Shown: positions 21,278 to 28,757 of the stretch, piece by piece | How the letters are laid out: each line of letters opens with the position of its first letter | How positions within the stretch are numbered: the stretch's first letter is position 1 | Assembly: GCA_041623375.1 (NCBI GenBank) | Contig: JBFJXA010000003.1 | Coordinates: 1-38,498 of the forward strand | Source of the DNA: Gammaproteobacteria bacterium | Lineage (GTDB): Bacteria; Pseudomonadota; Gammaproteobacteria; Steroidobacterales; Rariloculaceae | Direction: 5' to 3' | DNA length: 38,498 nt | The notes under the pieces: model-generated | Seen by the model: only the letters and a program-made list of their open reading frames with translations | Databases searched by the model: none | What the model was told of the DNA's origin: nothing | Program-made: the position numbers and the translations under genes

Positions 21278-21838
21278 TTACTCTGACCCCTCGCGGTCTC
21301 GATCCCAGAGCGGCTCGTCCGTGCAGTTCTGGCGTGCGAGCACGCGCGCGACGACGAAGAGCAGATCGGAGAGACGATTCACGTACTTGAGTAGTTCGGG
21401 GTTGAGCTCGGCTTCATCCGCCAGACGCCACAGTGCTCGTTCTGCCCGGCGGCAGATCGAGCGGGCCAGGTGGCACGACGCCGCCGAACGCGGTCCGCCC
21501 GGCAGGACGAACTCTGTGAGCGGCGGCAGCGGGCCGTTGAGCCTGTCGAGCTCTCTTTCGAGGTTGGCGACATCGTCGGCATCGGTCGTCGCACGGCCCG
21601 GGAGCGCCAGCTCCGCGCCGATGTCGAACAAATTGTGCTGAACGGCCGTGAGCACTGCCCGGACGCTTTGGGGAATGTCGGCCTCGCAGAGGATCAGCCC
21701 GATCGCGCTGTTCGTTTCATCCAGATGACCCGCAGCCTCGATGCGCGTACCCGCTTTCGGCACCTGCTCGCCCGTCGCGAGGCGCGTTAGGCCGCGATCC
21801 CCGCTGCGCGTGTAGATTTTAGTCAGTCGATTGGCCAC
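21278..21838 (-). CDS. PduO-type ATP:cob(I)alamin adenosyltransferase
   Basis: GTG 21838, then ANRLTKIYTRSGDRG; DETNSAIG, QHNLFDIGAEL, EFVLPGG, ARSICRRAER, YVNRLSDLLFV; the longer upstream ORF extension is spurious. Confidence 0.94.
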   Translation of the reverse strand: MANRLTKIYTRSGDRGLTRLATGEQVPKAGTRIEAAGHLDETNSAIGLILCEADIPQSVRAVLTAVQHNLFDIGAELALPGRATTDADDVANLERELDRLNGPLPPLTEFVLPGGPRSAASCHLARSICRRAERALWRLADEAELNPELLKYVNRLSDLLFVVARVLARQNCTDEPLWDRDREGSE

Positions 21839-21893
21839 CGGAGCCCTTCCGCTTGAGTTCGGGGCGACATGATACTCCCGTAACGTGGCAGCG

Positions 21894-22670
21894 CTACTTG
21901 ATCGGCAGCCAGCCGATCTCCATTGCCGTGATGGGGCCGATGAGTGTCTGGCCGAGATTGCGCGGTATCGCCGCGGTCTGCGGATCGAGCGGGATTCGAC
22001 CGGCCATGAGCTCGGCCTTTTTCTGCGGAAAGCGCGGCTCGGCGGTCGCGTCCGCGTAGCCGTGCGGGTACAGCGGCAGGTTCGTGCCCAGCGCGTACTT
22101 GTCGGTCGAGCCGAGTGTGTGCAGAAGCTCGTGGGCCATGACGACTCTGTTGGAGCCGGCGCTGGCACGGCTGGCGAATACCTTCGCAACGGCAATGAGC
22201 CCTCGCTCGAGTGCCGTCGAGCGATCGAGGACTTGAACGTCCGTGTCGTCGTAGTAGACGGCAAAGAGCTGGATATCCGGGCTAGGACGGTCGCTGGCCC
22301 GTTTTACCTTGATGCCGTACCAGCGCATTTTCAGGCTCCAGACGGCTGCATCGAGAAAGCCAGCCGCGTTCGGCAGGACGGGTACGGGATCGTCGACCTG
22401 CCCGGCGAGCTCGAGCCGGAATGGATTCTCGAGCGTAACGCCGTAGCGGCGAGCCTCTCGGGCGAAATACGTCTCGATCGGATCGAAATCGGCATCGCTG
22501 AGACCGTCGATATACGCTTGCGTGCGCTCGCTGCCGTCGCCATTGATCGGATAGACGTCGACCCAGAGCGTGTTGTCCCAATCAGTGCTACGCGCGGCGG
22601 CCAGGTAGTTGCCGACGGCTGCGAAGGCAAGGATGTAGAGCAAGATGGCGATTCGTAGCTTTCTGAACAT
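21894..22670 (-). CDS. Exported/membrane-anchored hypothetical protein, putative zinc metallopeptidase
   Basis: Hydrophobic N-terminus, HELLHTLGSTD (HExxHxxGxxD) and downstream ELMAG Met-turn-like segment. Confidence 0.7.
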   Translation of the reverse strand: MFRKLRIAILLYILAFAAVGNYLAAARSTDWDNTLWVDVYPINGDGSERTQAYIDGLSDADFDPIETYFAREARRYGVTLENPFRLELAGQVDDPVPVLPNAAGFLDAAVWSLKMRWYGIKVKRASDRPSPDIQLFAVYYDDTDVQVLDRSTALERGLIAVAKVFASRASAGSNRVVMAHELLHTLGSTDKYALGTNLPLYPHGYADATAEPRFPQKKAELMAGRIPLDPQTAAIPRNLGQTLIGPITAMEIGWLPIK

Positions 22671-22848
22671 CGTCTCTCAGACAGCTGGGCCGGACCCTCT
22701 AGTCAAACAGCTCCGAGGCGCAAGAGCAGCGCTTCAGGTCACAGTTCGGCGGACTTGCGCGCGCGGGGGTCGAGCGGGCCGCAAGGCCCGGCGGGTGCGA
22801 GCGTTCTGCCGACAGTGAGCATCGGGCAATAGGGCAGAGCGGCCCCAG

Positions 22849-22881
22849 AAAAAGAAAACCCGGCGGTGGGAGCGCCGGGTT
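22849..22881 (-). terminator. Rho-independent terminator of the predicted sRNA
   Basis: Minus strand AACCCGGCG-ctcccac-CGCCGGGTT, continuing into a TTTTCTTTTT tract. Confidence 0.9.
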
Positions 22882-23121
22882 ACGTTTTTATTGTTATCGG
22901 AGTTTACGGTTTCAATTATGCGGCCTGGCTGCGGGCCGTTTCGCCTTTATTGTCGTTTTTGTCCGTGCAATCCAGCCAATATATCGTTGTTTTCGCAGCC
23001 CTAACGTCTTCTTCTTGTTCTATTTCTTGTTCTAATTCTCGATTTCAAATCTAACAGAAGCGAGCGAAGATTCGCAGCGGTTTCTGCTTATTACGCACTC
23101 AGTTGTCCACTCGGTGGACAT
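22849..23121 (-). ncRNA. Predicted ~273-nt sigma-54-dependent small RNA, CrcZ-like architecture (A-rich single-stranded tracts between hairpins)
   Basis: Bounded by sigma-54 promoter and intrinsic terminator; no convincing ORF; AACAAGAA x2, AAGAAGAA, AACAAUAA motifs; hairpins at 23104-23120, 23053-23088, 22921-22938. Confidence 0.7.
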
Positions 23122-23130
23122 GCTAGATTA

Positions 23131-23146
23131 AGCAAGAGCCATGCCA
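23131..23146 (-). promoter_or_regulatory. Sigma-54 (RpoN) -24/-12 promoter
   Basis: Minus strand TGGCATGGCTCTTGCT: GG-N10-GC spacing, close to TGGCAC-N5-TTGCW consensus; predicted TSS ~23120-23121. Confidence 0.85.
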
Positions 23147-23165
23147 TCGTTGGTTTATTAATTAA

Positions 23166-23178
23166 AAACAATCACTTA
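23166..23178 (+). promoter_or_regulatory. Putative IHF site (promoter-proximal)
   Basis: AAACAATCACTTA, one mismatch to WATCAANNNNTTR, about -46 to -58 from the predicted TSS, in an AT tract. Confidence 0.6.
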
Positions 23179-23219
23179 AATGAGAAATCTACGAATACAC
23201 CGAGAACGGCCTCAATGTT

Positions 23220-23270
23220 TGTAAATATTTCCGACGATGATGTTACATAATGATTCTGAAAACGTTGTAA
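23220..23270. promoter_or_regulatory. Candidate enhancer (UAS) region for a sigma-54 activator
   Basis: TGTAA(23220)-N18-TTACA(23243)-N18-TGTAA(23266); GTAAATATTTCCGAC box; about -100 to -150 from the TSS. Confidence 0.5.
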
Positions 23271-23281
23271 TAAAGTTATTT

Positions 23282-23294
23282 TAATTAATTGATT
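23282..23294 (-). promoter_or_regulatory. Putative IHF site (distal)
   Basis: Minus strand AATCAATTAATTA, exact match to WATCAANNNNTTR. Confidence 0.65.
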
Positions 23295-23351
23295 TTAAAG
23301 GCTGCGCAAATTTGTTTAGAAGGCGTCTAAAGTTGCGCGCCCGATCAGCCG

Positions 23352-23371
23352 TGTCGTAAAGGGTATCGACA
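23352..23371. promoter_or_regulatory. Palindromic candidate activator site
   Basis: TGTCG-N10-CGACA inverted repeat containing GTAAA-N5-TCGAC, similar to the box at 23221-23235. Confidence 0.45.
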
Positions 23372-23386
23372 AGCCCAGGTCCCGCC

Positions 23387-26062
23387 TCAGTTCGAGTCGA
23401 GCAACGCCGCACGATCGAACCACACGCCCCCGCGGATCACGGCCTCGATCTCGAGGGAGTCTGATATATCGATCAACGGGTTACCGTCGATTATCACGAG
23501 ATCGGCCAGCTTGCCGGCCTCAACGGTGCCGATCTCGCGCTCCAGGCCGAGTGCCAGGGCGGCCTCCGCGGTTGCGAGTCTGAGCGCCCGGTCGTTCGGT
23601 ACGCCGGATTGTGTCAGCAGCATAAGCTCGGCGTGCAGGCCCAGCCCATACGGGACGCTCGGCGCGTCGCTGCCGGCGGCTACGCGGCCCCCGGCGCTGA
23701 TGAGTGCAGCAACGGTATCGCGTACGCCATCGGCCGCTGCCGCGGTTGCGCTGGGCTCACGCCAACGTGCGCGCTCGGCAGCCGAGTACAGGTTGCGATA
23801 GGCCGGCTCCGTCGACCAGGAAGGACGCTGCGACGCCAACGCACGAAATCCTCCGAAGGCGGCCAGCGTCGGTGTCACAGCCGTGCCGCTGTGCATGAGC
23901 AGACTCAAGACGTCGGCGTAGCTGCGGCTCACGGCCGAGCGTTCGAGGTCATAGGGATCTGGGAGCCGGCCACCGATGTGCTCGAGTCCGTTGATGCCGA
24001 GCCGCACGCCCGCAACCAGATCCTCGCTGAATACCGGGATACCGAACTGCCGTGCGTCGCGGATCAGTGCGCGGTGCAGCTGCGACGGTTGGCCGCGATA
24101 GATCTCGAGAACATCGTAGCTCGGGCGAATGGACACAGCGCGCGCCGGCCAACCGCTCGTGTCGTCGTGCCGGGCGCTCAGCAGCAGGCGCGGGCCGATC
24201 CGGCGACCGCTCGCCCAGGACTCTTTGCGTTCCAACCCGTCGTCCCTGACGCTCGCAACCTCGCGGACGGTCGTGACACCGTAGGCGAGCCAGATTCTGC
24301 CAAGCCGCTCGCCCGTCAACGCGGACTGGTGGGCATGCGAATCGATCAGTCCGGGAATGACCGTCCGACCGCGCGCGTCTATGACGCGCTCCGGCGATGG
24401 GAGCAGTCCGCGCGCTACGACCGCCGTGATGCGATCTCCCTCGATGTGGACGTCCATATGCCGGCGGTATTGCGTCGATACGCCGTCGAACAGGCGGTCC
24501 ACCTGGATGACGTAGGGTTCTGCGGGTTCAGGCGGGGTCCAGGTCAGTGCGGGCGCGCCCTCGTCATCGACGAGCGCACGGCCCGGCAGGGTCACGGCGT
24601 TGTTCCAGATGGAGCTGCGGGTTTGCATGTCGATCTCGAATCGAGCCCGCGTCGCCGCAGCTGCGGAGCGCGGATCGAGCGCCCACAACGTCACAGCGTC
24701 TCCGGACGCATTCCACGCGAGCTGACCCGCGCCGCGCAGATTCCGAGTCAGTGTCTGCGGCCTCGAGCGCGTCGTCAGATCGATGAGCCGAAGCTCGCCG
24801 GGCGCCCACGGGCCGAATCCTCGCGTCGATAAGTACGCGACATGCCTACCATCCGGCGATACGGCGGGCGCATAGTCCTTGGATGGATCGTTCGTGAGCC
24901 GGACGAGTAGTCCCGTTTCCGGGTCAATGGCCCACAGGTCCATGCTGCCGCCGCGGTCGCTCGCAAATATCACGCGGCCGCCGTCGGCCTCGAACGTCGG
25001 ATCGATGTCGACGAAGGCGTCGTTCGTGAGCTGCCGGAGATTGCCATCCCGGGTTTTCAGCCAGATATCGCCGAGAGCGGTGAATACGGTCCGTTCACCC
25101 GAGGGTGACGATCGCGGTGCGCGCAGTCCGAGGACCGGGTGCGGACCCGGACCCGCAGAGACCGAAGTTCGCAAAGCGCTCGGAGCGCGATTGACCGCCA
25201 CGCCCGCGAACACCGGAATCGGATACCGCGTCGCGTTCGCGAGCGTTCTCGACCAGATCTGCCCGTCGGACGTGTAGAGAAACTCCGCCGGGGACCGCCA
25301 CGCCGCTCGAAAGCCGAAAACATCCTCCTCGCTCGTCAGCGTCTTGATGACGGGCTCGTCGGATAGCACGACCATACGCAGATCGCTGTCCGCGGCACCG
25401 CGCAATTCGTTGAAGAGCACGACGCCGCCGCCCGGCCGCCAGCTCGGTGCCCGCAGCGGATTCGCGCTCGTGAGCAACGTCGTGGTGGCGCCCGTCCGCG
25501 CGCGTAATGCGAGCCGCCATTCGCGTCCGCGCCGCTCTACGTAGAGAAGCTCGCCGCGCTCAGAGACGGCCGGCCACGACGCCTCACCGCCGTATGTGAG
25601 ACGCGAGACGGTTTCGGTGACTATGTCGATTTGGTGTATTGCGCTGCCGCCGCTGCGATTCGATACGAAAACGACGGCGCGCCCGTCCGCGGAAAAGTCC
25701 GGGTCGCGTTCGTCATACGGTGGACCCGTCAAACGTCGTCGCGTCAGTGTGGTGAGCTCGAGCAGCCAGAGATCCCATTGTCCTCGGGAGTACGCCTGAT
25801 AAACGAGACGGCGACCGTCGGGCGAGAAGCGCGGATTGCGAGCAGTTTCCTCGGCCGGCAGGAGCGGCCGCGCGCCGCCACCGGTTGCAGGCAATGACCA
25901 CAGCTGGCCCAGGAGGTCGACAACGAGCGTCTCACCGTCCGGCGAGAGGGCGAGTGCCATGTTCGTGCCCTCATTGACGCTCGCAACGATCTCCTGGCCA
26001 GCGACCGGGCCGCCGATCAAACAGCAGCCGATTGCGACAGTAAATAAGGAGCGGATCGCCAC
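23387..26062 (-). CDS. Exported TolB-like (PD40) beta-propeller plus amidohydrolase-superfamily protein
   Basis: Signal peptide; repeats SPDGETL, PRFSPDGRRL, PDFSADG, PAVSPDGR; C-terminal IPGLIDSHAH, YGVTTVRE, GSDAP, IGTVEAGKLADLVIIDGNP. Confidence 0.88.
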   Translation of the reverse strand: MAIRSLFTVAIGCCLIGGPVAGQEIVASVNEGTNMALALSPDGETLVVDLLGQLWSLPATGGGARPLLPAEETARNPRFSPDGRRLVYQAYSRGQWDLWLLELTTLTRRRLTGPPYDERDPDFSADGRAVVFVSNRSGGSAIHQIDIVTETVSRLTYGGEASWPAVSERGELLYVERRGREWRLALRARTGATTTLLTSANPLRAPSWRPGGGVVLFNELRGAADSDLRMVVLSDEPVIKTLTSEEDVFGFRAAWRSPAEFLYTSDGQIWSRTLANATRYPIPVFAGVAVNRAPSALRTSVSAGPGPHPVLGLRAPRSSPSGERTVFTALGDIWLKTRDGNLRQLTNDAFVDIDPTFEADGGRVIFASDRGGSMDLWAIDPETGLLVRLTNDPSKDYAPAVSPDGRHVAYLSTRGFGPWAPGELRLIDLTTRSRPQTLTRNLRGAGQLAWNASGDAVTLWALDPRSAAAATRARFEIDMQTRSSIWNNAVTLPGRALVDDEGAPALTWTPPEPAEPYVIQVDRLFDGVSTQYRRHMDVHIEGDRITAVVARGLLPSPERVIDARGRTVIPGLIDSHAHQSALTGERLGRIWLAYGVTTVREVASVRDDGLERKESWASGRRIGPRLLLSARHDDTSGWPARAVSIRPSYDVLEIYRGQPSQLHRALIRDARQFGIPVFSEDLVAGVRLGINGLEHIGGRLPDPYDLERSAVSRSYADVLSLLMHSGTAVTPTLAAFGGFRALASQRPSWSTEPAYRNLYSAAERARWREPSATAAAADGVRDTVAALISAGGRVAAGSDAPSVPYGLGLHAELMLLTQSGVPNDRALRLATAEAALALGLEREIGTVEAGKLADLVIIDGNPLIDISDSLEIEAVIRGGVWFDRAALLDSN

Positions 26063-26076
26063 CGTCTTGCTGTACC

Positions 26077-26751
26077 TCAGGGCTGCAGGTGAAAATGCCG
26101 CCAGCTTCCGCTGCGAAAGCTATACGCGTCCGACGCCTCGAGGACGCGCTCGTAGCGCACGCGCTCGTGAAAGCGGTCGCGTCCCGATAGCCAGATCTCA
26201 ACGGCGGCGAGCCAGAAGCGGTAGCCGCCCCAGAACGCCGGTCGCGGAACTACGACGCCATCAGCGGCGGTATCGGTGGCGTCGAACGGGTCGGGCGTGC
26301 CGAAGCGTTTCGCGAGCGCCCGCGCCTTTGTCTCGAGCGTCGTCGGATCGGTTACGGGATGACTCTGCCGGCTCGCCCAGGCGTTGACCTGACTGCGCCA
26401 GGGGCGCCGCGCGAAATACGCATCGCTGTCGGCCGCCGGCGATCTGACGACGGGCCCCTCGAATCTGAGCTGCCGGCCGAGGGCATCCCAGTGCATGACG
26501 CCGGCCGCCCAGCTATGGTCGGCAAGCTCGTGCGCCTTACGCGAATCGTAGTTCGTATAAAACTCGACGTAGCCGCGCGTACGCTCGAGCCCTTTGACCA
26601 GCACGACGCGTGCCGAGGCTCTGCCGTTCTTCCCGACAGTCGCAAGCGTCATCGCACCGGGATTCGGTTGTGTGGCTGCCTCGACGGCGTCATCGAGCCA
26701 ACCGCCGACAAGGATCATCGGATCGTCGAGGTCGGGAATCGTGGTCGTCAC
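26077..26751 (-). CDS. pdxH: Pyridoxamine 5'-phosphate oxidase
   Basis: PGAMTLATV, SARVVLVK, FYTNYDSRK, YFARRP..SQVNAWASRQS, RPAFWGGY, RFHER. Confidence 0.93.
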   Translation of the reverse strand: MTTTIPDLDDPMILVGGWLDDAVEAATQPNPGAMTLATVGKNGRASARVVLVKGLERTRGYVEFYTNYDSRKAHELADHSWAAGVMHWDALGRQLRFEGPVVRSPAADSDAYFARRPWRSQVNAWASRQSHPVTDPTTLETKARALAKRFGTPDPFDATDTAADGVVVPRPAFWGGYRFWLAAVEIWLSGRDRFHERVRYERVLEASDAYSFRSGSWRHFHLQP

Positions 26752-26900
26752 GTCGCAGGGGATGTCGATGCAGAGTGTTGGCTGCGCAGATTAGCCGCTG
26801 CAATTGGCCTTGGCTACCCTCGTCCCAGCTCGCTTCGCGTCGGGCAGGCTTGCGCCGCGGGTTGGCAGCGAGTACAAACCGCAGCCACAGGGGAAATCAC

Positions 26901-28010
26901 ATGAGCTTGGAAGAACTGAGACAGCGCCTGTCGGCGATAGACGCGGCGCTCATCGAGTTGATCGCGCAACGTCAAGAGATCGTCTCGGACGTCAGCGCGC
27001 ACAAGATCAGCACAGGTGCGCCGACGCGCGACTATGCGCGCGAGCGCGAGATTCTCGAGCGCGTGCGAGAGCAAGCTGCCGAGCTCGGTGCCGAGCCCGA
27101 CGTCGCTGAGCAAATCATGCGGCTGCTGATCCGCTCCTCGTTGACCAAACAGGAGCAGAGGCGTGTAGCGGCCGAGAGCTCCGGAATCGGCAAACGCGCG
27201 CTCATCATCGGCGGCGCCGGAAATATGGGTACCTGGATCGCGGAATTCCTCGCATCGCAAGGCTATGGGATCGAGATCGCGGATCCGAAGCCCGCCGAGA
27301 CGCCCTTCCCGCGGCTCGACGATTGGCGCGCGAGCGCGCTCGATCACGACATCATCGTCGTTGCCGCACCGCTGCAGGCAACCGCAAAAATTCTGGTGGC
27401 GCTCGCCGAGCGCGAGCCCGCCGGGTTGATATTCGATGTCGGATCGCTCAAAACCCCCCTAAAGGCCGGTCTGGAGAAGCTGCGCGAAGCCGGGTGCCAC
27501 GTCGCATCAGTGCATCCGATGTTCGGCCCGGATACGCAGCTCCTGTCAGGCCGACACATCATCTTCGTCGACGTCGGTGATCCCGAGGCCGCGAGTCACG
27601 CCCGTGCCTTGTTCGCATCGACGATGGCCGAGCTCGTCGACATGAGCCTGGAGGAGCACGATCGCCTCATCGGTTACGTGCTCGGACTATCGCACGCCCT
27701 GAATCTCGCGTTTTTCACGGCACTCGCCGGGAGCGGCGAACTCGTGCCCAAGCTCAGGGAACTGTCCAGCACGACGTTTGACGCACAACTGTCAGTCGCG
27801 AGTCGCGTCGCGGGCGAAAATCCGCATCTGTATTACGAGATCCAGGCGCTCAATGAATACGGAGCCGCTTCGCTCGATGCCCTCGTCGCAGCCGCGCAGC
27901 AGATTCGTGATCTCGTCAGTAGCAATGACGAGGCCGGTTTCGTTAGCCTCATGGAGGCGGGGCAGCGCTACCTCAGGGCAGACTCGGCGCCCGCTCGCCG
28001 GCAGGACTAG
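26901..28010 (+). CDS. tyrA: Bifunctional chorismate mutase / prephenate dehydrogenase
   Basis: AroQ N-domain LEELRQRLSAID..RDYARE; IIGGAGNMG, DVGSLK, HPMFGP, EEHDRL; ATG 26901 with AGGGG RBS. Confidence 0.9.
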   Translation: MSLEELRQRLSAIDAALIELIAQRQEIVSDVSAHKISTGAPTRDYAREREILERVREQAAELGAEPDVAEQIMRLLIRSSLTKQEQRRVAAESSGIGKRALIIGGAGNMGTWIAEFLASQGYGIEIADPKPAETPFPRLDDWRASALDHDIIVVAAPLQATAKILVALAEREPAGLIFDVGSLKTPLKAGLEKLREAGCHVASVHPMFGPDTQLLSGRHIIFVDVGDPEAASHARALFASTMAELVDMSLEEHDRLIGYVLGLSHALNLAFFTALAGSGELVPKLRELSSTTFDAQLSVASRVAGENPHLYYEIQALNEYGAASLDALVAAAQQIRDLVSSNDEAGFVSLMEAGQRYLRADSAPARRQD

Positions 28011-28083
28011 GATCGACCCCCTGGTGCCGCTCGGCAGGCTCGACGTATGGAGTAGACTCTAGCTCCATCGGAGCGTCTCGAAA

Positions 28084-28656
28084 ATGGCGCCGGACGATTT
28101 CGATCGCAGCATCATGGATTGGATAGACGCGGAAGGTTATCGGGCAAACGTTGGCATTATTCTGACCGACGGCGTGGGCCGCGTGCTCATCGGAGGGCGG
28201 GTCGGCCGCTCCGGATGGCAATTCCCCCAGGGCGGAATTGCGCCGGACGAATCGACAGAAGAGGCGATGTATCGGGAGCTCAATGAGGAAGTCGGTTTCG
28301 AGCCCGACGATGTCGAGACGCTCGGACGGACTCGCGACTGGCTGCGCTACCGGCTTCCCGATCAGTTTATCCGTCGCGAAAAACGTCCCGTCTGCATTGG
28401 CCAGAAACAGTGTTGGTATTTGCTGCGATTGATCTCGGACCCGGATCGCGTCCGGTTCGACACGACGGATACACCGGAATTCGATCGATGCCGTTGGGTA
28501 GACTATTGGCGTCCCGTCAAAGAGGTCATCTATTTCAAGCGCCGGGTCTACGTGCAGGCATTGACCGAGCTCGGGCCGTTAGCCTTTCCGGACCAGGGAC
28601 CGCCGCCGCCGCCGTCCTGGTGGCCGCGGCGCTGGCAGGTCCGGACGAGCGAGTGA
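28084..28656 (+). CDS. rppH: RNA pyrophosphohydrolase RppH (NudH)
   Basis: IDAEGYRANVGIIL, WQFPQGGI, Nudix box EAMYRELNEEVG, CIGQKQ.W, VIYFKRRVY; start may be ATG 28114. Confidence 0.95.
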   Translation: MAPDDFDRSIMDWIDAEGYRANVGIILTDGVGRVLIGGRVGRSGWQFPQGGIAPDESTEEAMYRELNEEVGFEPDDVETLGRTRDWLRYRLPDQFIRREKRPVCIGQKQCWYLLRLISDPDRVRFDTTDTPEFDRCRWVDYWRPVKEVIYFKRRVYVQALTELGPLAFPDQGPPPPPSWWPRRWQVRTSE

Positions 28657-28757
28657 AGACGCTGGCTGTGACCTGATCGTAGGTCAGACGGCGCCCGACC
28701 GGGCACAATTGCGGGCCTGGTCTGGGCACGAGCAGGCATCTAAGGGTCTGAAGTGTA

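Noticed and set aside
22775-22790. CGGGCC-GCAA-GGCCCG hairpin
   Set aside because: Single short GC hairpin with no U tract and no second copy in the window; no function can be assigned.
22866-23054. 62-aa plus-strand ORF (MGAPGYVF...)
   Set aside because: Starts inside the terminator loop, has no RBS, and its low-complexity hydrophobic/Ser content simply mirrors the antisense A-rich tracts.
22671-23121. Cobalamin riboswitch upstream of the HExxH/pduO genes
   Set aside because: No GGGAA..CGGUG core, GCCACUG or B12-box (AGYCAGRAGACC) elements on the minus strand; the architecture fits an independent sRNA better.
22849-23121. CsrB/RsmZ-type CsrA-titrating RNA
   Set aside because: Only three GGA trinucleotides, not displayed in repeated hairpin loops; A-rich tracts dominate.
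23304-23338. GCGCAA..TTTAGA-aggcg-TCTAAA..TTGCGC inverted repeat as terminator of the amidohydrolase gene
   Set aside because: Interrupted stem with no adjacent U run; could equally be part of the enhancer region, so not called.
22850-23340. AT-rich island as a horizontally acquired element, CRISPR leader or replication origin
   Set aside because: No integrase, tRNA, terminal repeats, repeat-spacer array or DnaA-box cluster; the composition is explained by IHF/enhancer sites and the A-rich RNA.
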